Below are positions 18,664 to 27,832 of a DNA stretch of 64,000 nt, one piece after another. The first letter of the stretch is position 1. Each line of letters opens with the position of its first letter. Made by a program: the position numbers and the translations under genes. The stretch comes from a virus (lineage: Duplodnaviria > Caudoviricetes), in IMG/VR virus record IMGVR_UViG_3300031992_000011. The stretch is one strand, 5' to 3'. Below the pieces are notes generated by a model. It saw only the letters and a list, made by a program, of their open reading frames with translations, was not told the origin of the DNA and ran no database searches.

Positions 18664-20688
18664 ATGCGTGAACTTTTGACAAGCGGCGCCGTCGGCAACA
18701 TCGAGGCGAACGCGCAACAGAAAATGAGGCAGGACATCCAGGAGAGATGGGAAAGACTCCATCTCGTGGACGGTCTGAACGGACATATCAAGGAGACCGT
18801 GGCAACCCTCTATGAGAACCAGGCCAAGCACCTTATCTATGAGGCGACCACAGCTGACAACAGCGGCTCGTTCGAGACCGTTGTCTTCCCGCTGATCCGT
18901 CGTATCTTCAGCAAACTGCTCGCCAACGACATCGTGTCAGTGCAGGCCATGAACCTGCCTATCGGCAAGCTGTTCTTCATCAAGCCGGTCACCAGCGAGC
19001 GCTACTGGGACTTCCAGAATCCGGACTCGCTCACAGACGGCGACACCGGTTCACACCGCGGCCTGATGGGCTACACACGCGGCAACCGCCACTACAACGC
19101 TGACGCTCCCGAGCACTTCGGCGAACAGGACGGAAAGTTCATCAACGAGGATGCGGCTGACGGAATGAAGCGCATCAGCGGCGACCGCTCATGGCAGCAG
19201 TACAACCGCTACTACCTCCCCGACGAGGTGGTCGAACCTGTGCAGAATGACGCGACCACAAGCGTGCCATACGTCACCAAATACATGAAGAAGAGCCTCT
19301 ACGACCTCTTCTATGATGACTTCCTGTTCGACAACAGCAAGGGCAAGGTCCACATCAAGGTCGGCACTGCGAAAGTCGCCCTCATCGCTCCTGACGGAAG
19401 CTACGTCTATCCGACAGACGACGCAACAATGAAGGAAAAGTATCTTGAGAGAGTCAAGGCGCTCAGTCCGGACGGTTCTATATCGAGCGTAATTCTCGAG
19501 GTCTCAGGCTTCAGCAATAACAACGCCGGAAAGCTCATCGGTCCTGACGGAAACGAAATGGACACCGAGGCGTTCCTCGCTTCGCTGAAGGTCATCAACA
19601 AGAACGCCATCAGCGGTGACGGTGAAGGTGAAGACGAGAAGGACAAGTTCGCTTCATTCGGCGCAGGCGAGCCAATCCACTTCCGCGTCGTCACACAGAA
19701 GTATGGCGCAGGACTCGTCGACTATGAGGGCACTTGCGACGCAAACGGCAAGATGTACATCGAACTCGACCTGACCAAACCGGTCAAGAAAGCCGGAACA
19801 ACCGTTCTCGGATATATCGGCATCAATCCGGACCAGTTCAAGAACTTCCTCGGCGACACACAGGAAGGTGAATACGACGAGACTATCGCGAACCAGTTCA
19901 TGATCGTGTGGGCACAGTACGACAGCCTCGAGCTCGAAACCGAGATGGGAGAAGTTTCGTTCGAACTCACATCAGTCACAGTTTCTGTCGAGGAGCGCAA
20001 ACTCCGTGCGACTTGGTCACCGGAACTTGCTCAGGACGTTTCTGCCTTCCACAACATTGACGCAGAAGCAGAGCTCACTTCAATACTGTCAGAGCAGATC
20101 GCTGCCGAGATTGACCGTGAAATCCTCCGCGACATCCGTAAATCGGCACCTTGGCAGACCCGCTGGGACTACAACGGCTGGCAGCGCATGAACGTTCCTT
20201 CGACCAACTACACTCAGAAGGACTGGAACCAGACACTCATCACACAGGTGAACAAGATTTCAGCGCAGATCCACAAGAGCACACTCCGCGGAGGCGCAGA
20301 CTGGATCATCGTTTCTGCCGAGATTTCTGCAGTGATGAACGACCTTGAGTACTTCCACGTGACAGACGCAAGCGCTGACAGCGACCAGTACAACATGGGT
20401 ATCGAGAAGATCGGTTCGCTCCAGGGACGCTACCGCGTGGTCGTTGACCCGTACGCACCGTATTGGTCACTCATCATGGGTCACCACGGAACATCGCTTC
20501 TCGACACAGGTTACATCTACGCACCGTACGTGCCGATGGCGTTGACCCCAACCTTCTACAACCCGTTCAACTTTGCCCCAATCAAGGGTATTGTGACCAG
20601 GTATGCTAAGAAACTTGTGAACAACAAGTATTACGGCGCAATCGTGGTTGACGGTCTGCAGCACTGGTCGACACTCGAACTCCGCTAA
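18664..20688 (+). CDS. gp23: Major capsid protein, T4 gp23 family
   Basis: LYENQ, PLIRR...DIVSVQAM--P-G--F, RKLRATWSPELAQD--AFH-IDAEAEL--ILS--I--EIDREI, RGGADWII-S, GYIYAPYVP, GIVTRY motifs of gp23. Confidence 0.95.
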   Translation: MRELLTSGAVGNIEANAQQKMRQDIQERWERLHLVDGLNGHIKETVATLYENQAKHLIYEATTADNSGSFETVVFPLIRRIFSKLLANDIVSVQAMNLPIGKLFFIKPVTSERYWDFQNPDSLTDGDTGSHRGLMGYTRGNRHYNADAPEHFGEQDGKFINEDAADGMKRISGDRSWQQYNRYYLPDEVVEPVQNDATTSVPYVTKYMKKSLYDLFYDDFLFDNSKGKVHIKVGTAKVALIAPDGSYVYPTDDATMKEKYLERVKALSPDGSISSVILEVSGFSNNNAGKLIGPDGNEMDTEAFLASLKVINKNAISGDGEGEDEKDKFASFGAGEPIHFRVVTQKYGAGLVDYEGTCDANGKMYIELDLTKPVKKAGTTVLGYIGINPDQFKNFLGDTQEGEYDETIANQFMIVWAQYDSLELETEMGEVSFELTSVTVSVEERKLRATWSPELAQDVSAFHNIDAEAELTSILSEQIAAEIDREILRDIRKSAPWQTRWDYNGWQRMNVPSTNYTQKDWNQTLITQVNKISAQIHKSTLRGGADWIIVSAEISAVMNDLEYFHVTDASADSDQYNMGIEKIGSLQGRYRVVVDPYAPYWSLIMGHHGTSLLDTGYIYAPYVPMALTPTFYNPFNFAPIKGIVTRYAKKLVNNKYYGAIVVDGLQHWSTLELR

Positions 20689-20716
20689 TATCCAAGTATT
20701 TGGAATACAGCAACTT

Positions 20717-20752
20717 ATAATGTCATAGACTTCGGTCTATGACATTATTTTT
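20717..20752 (+). terminator. Strong intrinsic terminator with cUUCGg loop after MCP
   Basis: ataatgtcatagac-ttcg-gtctatgacattat perfect 14-bp stem plus T-run. Confidence 0.9.
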
Positions 20753-20927
20753 GGGAACTATATACTTGTTGTCCCTCCAAATATTTTCAGTTAAAAAATC
20801 TAAAATCCCGTTGGCAACCGATTGAGGTGTCAATGGGATTTAACTCATCAAGCTAATCGTTCACATTCGGCAATGAATTCCCCATCAAAAAATCTCCCAA
20901 TTCCCATCACTTCTTTCCATGATGCAC

Positions 20928-20934
20928 TATTTAT
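20928..20934 (+). promoter_or_regulatory. Putative late promoter TATTTAT inside the IS segment
   Basis: gcacTATTTAT, same context as upstream of MCP; ATG at 20958. Confidence 0.6.
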
Positions 20935-20957
20935 TTGGGAAAATAACATTAAAAGAT

Positions 20958-21569
20958 ATGAAAAGAAGAATAAGACTGACTGAGGGCGACTTAAAGAGGA
21001 TAGTGAGCGAGAGCGTTAAGAGGGTGCTGAAAGAAGGCAAGTTTATTAACAACAAACGATTAAGTGCAGAACAGCTGCCCAACTACAAAGGGCGCGAGCG
21101 TTATAAAAACAACTTCAGACAAAGCGACCAAGTTCAATTGACTCCACACCATGAAATGAGCCTTTATGATATTATCTTTAGAAAGGATTTAATTCGTTTA
21201 AAGAAGTTGGTGCGTGAGAAATATGGCATCAATCCATCTTCATTACACACCAGAATTATCGGCAATGAGTTTTCAAACCCAAATCAAGATGTCAGCATAG
21301 AAATACCAGCCAATGAAGCATTTAAAATTGATAATGTCAAAGAATTTATGGACATGGTTTCCAAACTGCATTTCCAAAGTGCGCCATATGATGAATTTCA
21401 AGAACGTGGGACTATATGCTTAATGTACGATAACAAAGATAATCCAGATTATGAAGATGGTTACTCAGCACACGGAATCAGGGTCAACAATATGGGTAAA
21501 GCCTATCAACCTATCGAATATGAACCAACAGATTGGTATGAACTTAATGATAAAGGCTATTTTGATTAA
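20958..21569 (+). CDS. Orphan protein with RLTEGDLKRIVSESVKRVLKE leader (putative head-packaged protein)
   Basis: Start reassigned to MKRRIRL, downstream of TATTTAT; stop overlaps the transposase stop (ttaa 21566-21569). Confidence 0.7.
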   Translation: MKRRIRLTEGDLKRIVSESVKRVLKEGKFINNKRLSAEQLPNYKGRERYKNNFRQSDQVQLTPHHEMSLYDIIFRKDLIRLKKLVREKYGINPSSLHTRIIGNEFSNPNQDVSIEIPANEAFKIDNVKEFMDMVSKLHFQSAPYDEFQERGTICLMYDNKDNPDYEDGYSAHGIRVNNMGKAYQPIEYEPTDWYELNDKGYFD

Positions 21570-21784
21570 GCTGCTCTCATTCCAACACCAATCTCACTCC
21601 ACCGCAGAATGAGTCCAATGGACTTGCTGAACATATGGGCGAATCGCATTGATTCGCTCATTTTTCTTGTGTTCCAGCGGAACACCGCCTCGTTCAAGTA
21701 CTGTTGAAGGTGACCGTCACTCACGTTGTGGTAACAGCCTGTTATCATCCTGCGGAAGTGGCTCCAGAAACCCTCGATTGAGTT
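21566..21784 (-). pseudogene. IS1595-family DDE transposase, C-terminal fragment
   Basis: NSIEGFWSHFRRMITGCYHNVSDGHLQQYLNEAVFRWNTR matches N-IE-FW---KR---G-YH-VS--HL--Y--E--FR-N; N-terminal part absent. Confidence 0.9.
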
Positions 21785-21850
21785 TCCGCATATGGGACTG
21801 CGGAATGTCCAAGTACGTGTGGAGGAAAGAATGACCGGAAAGCAGTTGTT

Positions 21851-23530
21851 TTAACCGTGCGAGTTTCCGTCTGATGTTTCTTTGGTGAAAAAGACGATAA
21901 GTTCATCGTCTTTGATGCGGTTGACTTTTCTGCTGTCTGCGTTGTTGTCGTATGACATCTGATATGTCAGCAGTGTTTCATATTTGTAAGTTTCCATCCA
22001 TGAGATTTCCTTGTAGTTGATGTCCAATCCATACGAACTCAGATAATCATTGGAAACACCTATTTTCTTGAACGCGTCAAGTACCTGTTGGACGGTGCCG
22101 GTTCTCAGAAGTTTATATATATATTGATACATCGAATTCACGTTCTTGCTCCTTGAATGCGTGTAGTCGCTTCCGTAGTCATGGTATTCCATCACCTCTC
22201 TCGCAATTCCGTCGGCAAAGGTTTGCATATCCCCTAATCTTTCTCCGCTGAACAGTACAGCGAACTTGTCCTTGTGTGGATCGGTTATGATTATTTTCGC
22301 ATATCCCACCGTAACGACAAGGAATCGCACTTTCTTGTCATAGTCAATGTTGTCGTAGAAGTCTGTCGGCCGCATGCCGTGCCTCTCATAATATGCGTCA
22401 TCTACCATTTTTGATTTGATTGAGCAAGCTTCGCGGAACGTGTTTGCCCCAAGCTCTTTGAAATAGTCGCTCATCATCTGTACCACTTTTGAGGTGAACC
22501 TGTTCGGCCGGTCTGAAAGGTCCCTGCGCACGGAGTCAAGATGTTCTGCAACATAATTGAATGTGGTTCTGTCCCTTTCCCCCTTTACGTCTCCGATGAT
22601 TGAAGTGTATTCCGAAAGTCCGTACTTATCCAGCAGTGACGAAACTCCTTCACCCAACTTTTTCCCGTCATACCGAGGGTTTCCGAACACGATGAACAGA
22701 AGTACTGACTTCAGGAGTCCGATGTTGTTCTTGCTGATGCTTCCGTTGTACACCACGTCCGGATACCCCCATTGTTCGAACTTTTTCCATATATCGACCG
22801 GTTTTCCTCCCGGATTGTTGAAATCCCGCTCGTTGTCAAATATTCTTACCAACGATTGGAGCGGTGTGCGCATGACCGAGACCGCGATCTGCCGGAATTT
22901 CTCGTTGTTGTCCAAGTCCGGCATGAAGAAGTCGACTGACTTTATCATCTTATGGGCGTCGTGTATGGCTGAGTGGTATGAGAACACGCGGTCTTCGGAC
23001 TCGTTCCCGCTATGGAACTGTCGTTCGTTGTCAAAGTTGTGGGATACGTAATCTTCCACCTCTTCAGGTGTCGCGTCCGGATTTTTCATTTTGTACGATG
23101 TCGCCACGTACCTCCTCTGTGCTTCTTGTGACTTCTCGTCCTTCGGCATTGTCTCATAATACTTGAACTTGTCGTTGAACACGCCGCCGCCCCAATAGTT
23201 GACAGGTTTTCCTTTCAGCGTGTTGGAAAGCGTGTTTCCGTCAAGAACAATCCTGACGCCGCCGTTTTTGCTCCCTCTCGAATACCCGAACCGTGAACTG
23301 TATATTCTGGTGCACGACAGGTAGAATTTGCGTTTTTTGTCATAATTGTCGGAATCCTTCGCATAAGCCGACTGAAGATATATCACGTCACCTTTGCAAA
23401 TTTCAAAACCGTTGCTGAGCGAAGTGAAGTGGTACAGCGTTTGACTCAATCCTTCATTTAGCAGACATTGTGTTCGGAAGGATTCGTCGATTCTCCTCAT
23501 AAGGTCCTTTATCTCGTTTAGACTGCCCAT
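21851..23530 (-). CDS. Orphan protein with N-terminal ADP-ribosyltransferase-like motifs after an LLNE|G site
   Basis: LYHFTS...FYLSCTR...ESEDR order fits an H-S-E ART-like fold; start reassigned to MGSLNEIK. Confidence 0.5.
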   Translation of the reverse strand: MGSLNEIKDLMRRIDESFRTQCLLNEGLSQTLYHFTSLSNGFEICKGDVIYLQSAYAKDSDNYDKKRKFYLSCTRIYSSRFGYSRGSKNGGVRIVLDGNTLSNTLKGKPVNYWGGGVFNDKFKYYETMPKDEKSQEAQRRYVATSYKMKNPDATPEEVEDYVSHNFDNERQFHSGNESEDRVFSYHSAIHDAHKMIKSVDFFMPDLDNNEKFRQIAVSVMRTPLQSLVRIFDNERDFNNPGGKPVDIWKKFEQWGYPDVVYNGSISKNNIGLLKSVLLFIVFGNPRYDGKKLGEGVSSLLDKYGLSEYTSIIGDVKGERDRTTFNYVAEHLDSVRRDLSDRPNRFTSKVVQMMSDYFKELGANTFREACSIKSKMVDDAYYERHGMRPTDFYDNIDYDKKVRFLVVTVGYAKIIITDPHKDKFAVLFSGERLGDMQTFADGIAREVMEYHDYGSDYTHSRSKNVNSMYQYIYKLLRTGTVQQVLDAFKKIGVSNDYLSSYGLDINYKEISWMETYKYETLLTYQMSYDNNADSRKVNRIKDDELIVFFTKETSDGNSHG

Positions 23531-23546
23531 TAGATGTTTTTTTATT

Positions 23547-23553
23547 ATAAATA
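23547..23553 (-). promoter_or_regulatory. Putative late promoter TATTTAT
   Basis: ataaata on the + strand, just upstream of ATG 23530. Confidence 0.6.
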
Positions 23554-23639
23554 CAGAAAACTTGGCGACAAAGTCAGATGTCAGTGTTTGACATGTCTTT
23601 ATCACCAAGCATGTGTACTCTTGCCCGTGTACTTATTTT

Positions 23640-25055
23640 CTATTTGTGTGCCGCCGAATCTTCTGTCTTCTCATTGATGAGCATGTTGATGAACGACTGC
23701 ATCTCATATGCGGACACGTAGTAATATCCGCCGTTCTTTTTGTGCCCAATCTGTCTTGCAAATTCCCAATATCTGTCCATGTTCCGTCTGAACAGCGATA
23801 TTGCACTATAGAACAGCATAGGACTCATTCTTGATTTGATGTAGACTCCGCCATATACACCGGTGCCCGCCGGAGCATGTGTTATTTTTGGTTTGTTGTC
23901 AGCGGAAATCAGACTTCCGACGGCGTATTTCTCGACGAATGTGTCGGATATCGCCTGTGAACGCCCGTAGAGCCACCAATTTTCCTTGGTTGTGTCTTTC
24001 CCGAGTTCTTCTGCGATATCCTCAAGGTAGAACATTGTGTTTTCGCCCATCTCATCCATTGACTTCGGCGCGCCTGATGCGGTGTACGGAAAAATGATGT
24101 TCGTGCGGGTTCCTTTCGACGCTTTTACACAATGTATGCATGATTCAAGCGTGTCGGCAATCTCATTGTCTTTGACCACGAACATCTTGTCGGCGAGTGT
24201 TGCGTATCCGTTCTTGACCTCTATCCCTGTCGCGTCGTCATGATGCGACAACACGTTGCGGACGAGTTCCGGCTGTTCACAAAAATAATATTTATCGTCA
24301 ATTTCACAGTCCTTTGTCGCTATTCTTACAGTTTTGTCGTCTTTTATGTGCCTGAACACAAAACTGTCACCCATATATCCCTTTTCCATCAGGAATATGG
24401 ACGGATATGTATTCGCGTCGTCAAACACCTTCTCGTGTCCGCAATCAATGACACCGATGATTGGGGCATTTTCCTTGATGTACTTCCTTAGGTCGCCACC
24501 GGACAGACTTGTTGTCCATGTTGACGGTGTTATGTAGCACATTCTTCCTCCGTCTGACAGCATGTCGATTCCGACTTTATAGAACGCTATGTACAAGTCG
24601 GTCATTCCTTTCCTGCTTATCCCTGCGGATTTTATCTTTGCCCTGAGTTCACCGAAATCCTGAACCTTCCGGTATGGTGGATTTCCGATGACAAAGTCCA
24701 TCTTGCTGTCGAACTTATGTTCATCGAGTGCGTCCCCGCATATGATGTCCCATTCGCTCGTGTTAACTTGTAACCCCAACGTTTTCGCCACGTCGCTCAG
24801 CCTGCATCTTGTGGTGTGTGCCAGTTCTGCGTCAATTTCTATGCCGTGGATATGTCCGACAACGTCACTGGCGTCTATTGCCTCACCTTTGTGTGCAAGT
24901 ATATACCGCTTGAGTGCTTCGGCAAGCATTTCCCCGTTTCCGCATGAGTTGTCTATGATGTGTTTATGGAGTATGTCTCCGTCTGAAACATACCCCATAA
25001 AATCTAACATCACACACACGGTCCACGATGGGGTGAAAACCTTTTCGTTAAGCAT
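23640..25055 (-). CDS. N6-adenine DNA methyltransferase (gamma class, Eco57I/TaqI-like)
   Basis: DNSCGNG SAM motif, GIEID, VIGNPPY, DLYIAF, G--CYITP. Confidence 0.9.
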   Translation of the reverse strand: MLNEKVFTPSWTVCVMLDFMGYVSDGDILHKHIIDNSCGNGEMLAEALKRYILAHKGEAIDASDVVGHIHGIEIDAELAHTTRCRLSDVAKTLGLQVNTSEWDIICGDALDEHKFDSKMDFVIGNPPYRKVQDFGELRAKIKSAGISRKGMTDLYIAFYKVGIDMLSDGGRMCYITPSTWTTSLSGGDLRKYIKENAPIIGVIDCGHEKVFDDANTYPSIFLMEKGYMGDSFVFRHIKDDKTVRIATKDCEIDDKYYFCEQPELVRNVLSHHDDATGIEVKNGYATLADKMFVVKDNEIADTLESCIHCVKASKGTRTNIIFPYTASGAPKSMDEMGENTMFYLEDIAEELGKDTTKENWWLYGRSQAISDTFVEKYAVGSLISADNKPKITHAPAGTGVYGGVYIKSRMSPMLFYSAISLFRRNMDRYWEFARQIGHKKNGGYYYVSAYEMQSFINMLINEKTEDSAAHK

Positions 25056-25079
25056 TTGTGTTGTGGTGTTTTGTTGTGA

Positions 25080-25232
25080 TCATCTGACACGCGGTCTCTG
25101 ACCACGGTTGTTGTCGCGTTCCTCACGCTCTCTCTCATTGCGTGTCATGATCCGTATCCCTCGTTTCTGTGCCCACGCCATCAATTTTGCGTGTGATTTC
25201 TGTATGCGTTTATTGAACGATTTATCTCCCAT
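25080..25232 (-). CDS. Small basic 50-aa protein
   Basis: Not in ORF track; MGDKSFNKRIQKSHAKLMAWAQKRGIRIMTRNEREREERDNNRGQRPRVR fills the gap between the TROVE and MTase genes. Confidence 0.5.
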   Translation of the reverse strand: MGDKSFNKRIQKSHAKLMAWAQKRGIRIMTRNEREREERDNNRGQRPRVR

Positions 25233-25260
25233 ATCGTAGTGTTTTTAGACATTATACTAA

Positions 25261-26898
25261 TCAAATCTCAATTGCCTCGATTTTCTTGATGACCTCGGCA
25301 TATCCGCGTGTGTTCGCACTGATGGTGTCAAAAATCTTGTCACTCCATCCGGCGATGTTAATGACGTTCCCCTTTGTGTTGAAGACGTTTGTGCTTCCGT
25401 ATTGTCTCAAGTTTACGACGACAAAGTGGCACTGCGGGTTGATGTGCATAAACTCCTTGAAAAGTTCCTGAAATCTTCCGCTTCTGTCACCAGAGGACAC
25501 ACCATACCACGGAGTCTTGCCGTTTTCTCCTATCTGACAATCCGAAAAAACGACAACGTTGTCCACACGTTTTTTCTCATTGACGACTGTACGCATGAAG
25601 TCATAGATTCCGGCTTCGGTGGCAGGTCCGCATTTCCTTCCTTCGTTGAAGGACTCCTCGTTGAACTCGAGCAGTCTTTTATTGCGGTCCACCTTGACCG
25701 GTATAAGACGGTCACCAAACAGGCCGATGTACACATCCTTCTGCCTCCAAGCAAGCATAGAACCGAACAGATTGCCGATCATCGCAGTTGTTGTCTTCGA
25801 GAACGCTGAAACCTTGGACGAACCTCCTCCGTCGCCTCGGCAGCTTCCGCTATGGTCGATCAACACAGCGACATTTCCGTCAAGACACGGGATGTTCTTG
25901 CACGATATTTCGATGGCGTCCTCAAGTGCCGACAGTACCTTCTGCACATTTTTCGACAACTCGTTTTTGACGTCAGATTCGAACATGATTGACGATTTGC
26001 TGTCTTTGTCCTCCATGCTTTCCACCTCATGGTATGCAGACGCAAAACGGAACGGAAGCAGACGCGAGTTGAGAATCTTCTTCTCGTTTCTGAGCGACTC
26101 GCACACTGTGTCAAGACTGTCCGGCGAATGCAGTATGATGTTACGCAGGTTGCGGACAAGGTTGAAGATCGGCATGCCGCCGACATTCTCAATCACCGAC
26201 TCGATTGCCTCCTTCTTCGCCTTCTCCTTTTCGTCCGCAGTCTTGGCATCTGAACCGCGCTTTGACATCTCCTTCTCGAGAATCTTGCTGTCATATAAGC
26301 CGTCAAGACTCTCACCCGCCATCAGTCGCCTGTACGCCTCCTCGTTCTTCTGTGTCGGCGTCGGATGTAGCAGGTTCACGAGGTCCACGAGCGACAGTTC
26401 GCGCCGCTCCATCTTGTATTTGTCAATACGGTACGGATCCATACCCTCAAGCACCGACTTGAAACCCTTCTTGATTGCGTTCGGAATCTTGCGGACAGGC
26501 TTGCCGCCTTCGCACTTGTTCATGCTCGCATAACACGACAGAATCTCCGACATGTCATCAGGACGCACGGCGATTTTCTCATAGAAACGCTTGCCCCACT
26601 CACTGCCGCTTATCTTTTGTGCGATGTATGCGGCGATGAGGTGCGTGACTGAACGCATGTTTCCGTCGTTTCTTGCATAAAGGGCAAGTTTTGCGGCAAA
26701 CAACGGGTCGGACTTGTCCAGCAGCGACTTGATGCGCTGTGTAGTCTCTTCCTCCTTCTCATAATACCCGTTCTGCAGGAATGTTGTCATTACCGTCGCC
26801 ACAAGTTCCTCCCTCGGGTCGAGTTTGTAGGCGCGCTCGCCCATGAAATTAACCTCTGTTGCCTCTCTCGGTGACTTTTTCTTGTTGAATTTAGCCAT
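25261..26898 (-). CDS. Ro60/Rsr-like TROVE-VWA RNA-binding protein
   Basis: ALYAR---NMRS, NLVRNLRN and LLPFRF (TROVE); VLIDHSGS MIDAS, FSDCQ and IAGWSD (VWA). Confidence 0.9.
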   Translation of the reverse strand: MAKFNKKKSPREATEVNFMGERAYKLDPREELVATVMTTFLQNGYYEKEEETTQRIKSLLDKSDPLFAAKLALYARNDGNMRSVTHLIAAYIAQKISGSEWGKRFYEKIAVRPDDMSEILSCYASMNKCEGGKPVRKIPNAIKKGFKSVLEGMDPYRIDKYKMERRELSLVDLVNLLHPTPTQKNEEAYRRLMAGESLDGLYDSKILEKEMSKRGSDAKTADEKEKAKKEAIESVIENVGGMPIFNLVRNLRNIILHSPDSLDTVCESLRNEKKILNSRLLPFRFASAYHEVESMEDKDSKSSIMFESDVKNELSKNVQKVLSALEDAIEISCKNIPCLDGNVAVLIDHSGSCRGDGGGSSKVSAFSKTTTAMIGNLFGSMLAWRQKDVYIGLFGDRLIPVKVDRNKRLLEFNEESFNEGRKCGPATEAGIYDFMRTVVNEKKRVDNVVVFSDCQIGENGKTPWYGVSSGDRSGRFQELFKEFMHINPQCHFVVVNLRQYGSTNVFNTKGNVINIAGWSDKIFDTISANTRGYAEVIKKIEAIEI

Positions 26899-26978
26899 TT
26901 TCACTGTTTTTTAGTAATGTTATTACACAAAAAAAGAATTATCACGATAAGGTGTATCGTTGTACACCGAATTTTTCG

Positions 26979-27010
26979 CAAAGGTAGGATTTTTTTATGA
27001 GACTACCAAA
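26979..27010 (-). promoter_or_regulatory. Bacteroidota sigma-A promoter TTTG-N20-TACCTTTG
   Basis: Exact -33/-7 consensus upstream of the TROVE gene. Confidence 0.8.
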
Positions 27011-27019
27011 ACTTTGGTG

Positions 27020-27832
27020 TTAATTTTTGTTAAACTCACTAATTCTTTGATTACACAACTCAACATATTTGTCGTAAATCTCAGAACAGATGTAATTTAT
27101 GCCCAATTTTATGCACGCGAGCGCCGTCGTTCCGGTTCCTGCGAACGGATCAAACACAAGTCCTCCTTTCGGGCAGTATACATTTAACAGTTGTTCGCAT
27201 AGTTCCGTCGAATATGTCGCCTTGTGGATGGAGCATGGTCCGTCATTGTTCTTGGCCTCGACAAAATTCTGCACATTTTCGTAGTTTTTCTGTCCTGTCC
27301 CCTTTGACGTGGACACCACCTGCTTGTTTGTGGTGAATGTGCGGTACTCGTCCCTGCGGCAGAACACGAACACAGGCTCCCATATTCTGGTCAACTTGTT
27401 TGGACTTGCCGTGTTGGGCACCGCGTTCCTTTTCTTCCAAGCGATACAGTCGGCCACACAGAAATTTGTGCGGGTCTGTATTGCGGCGATAAGGTTCCAC
27501 ATCGTGTCATGTGTGTTCACGCCGTAGTTTATGTTGTACAGCACAGTTCCGTTCTCTTTCAGTATGCGGTCGAACCCGTCAAATACGCCTACCGTCCAAT
27601 CCTCGTACTGCTCCGGTGTCAGATTGTCATTCAGGTCGACGTATCTCGTGCTGTACCTTCCCTTCTTGTGGTCGTTGAAGAAGTCGGTGTGTGACCTTGA
27701 CGTGTTATATGGAGGGCTTGTCAGCACGACGTCGACGGAATTTGGCGTCATGCGCTTCATGCAGTCAGAACAGTCTCCGTGCCATATTGTGTTCGGCGCT
27801 ATGGCGCACTCTGTTGTCAGTAATTTTTCCAT
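27020..27832 (-). CDS. N4-cytosine/N6-adenine DNA methyltransferase (beta class)
   Basis: VLTSPPY precedes FDPFAGTGTT; H-A--- motif. Confidence 0.9.
   Translation of the reverse strand: MEKLLTTECAIAPNTIWHGDCSDCMKRMTPNSVDVVLTSPPYNTSRSHTDFFNDHKKGRYSTRYVDLNDNLTPEQYEDWTVGVFDGFDRILKENGTVLYNINYGVNTHDTMWNLIAAIQTRTNFCVADCIAWKKRNAVPNTASPNKLTRIWEPVFVFCRRDEYRTFTTNKQVVSTSKGTGQKNYENVQNFVEAKNNDGPCSIHKATYSTELCEQLLNVYCPKGGLVFDPFAGTGTTALACIKLGINYICSEIYDKYVELCNQRISEFNKN

Larger units (their letters stand above)
20753..21784 (-). mobile_element. Truncated IS1595-family element with probable passenger gene
   Basis: Transposase C-terminus at 21566-21784; candidate terminal repeat gggaactatatacttg at 20753; segment visibly more AT-rich than flanks; partner end not found. 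Confidence 0.65.

Noticed and set aside
21785-21850. Second terminal inverted repeat of the IS1595 element
   Set aside because: Only caagta matches the reverse complement of the left end; the ttccgca/tgcggaa hairpin here is more simply a terminator for the 21851 gene
25056-25260. Y RNA/YrlA next to the Ro60 gene
   Set aside because: No tRNA-like T-loop or long terminal stem recognised; the gap is explained by a 50-aa ORF
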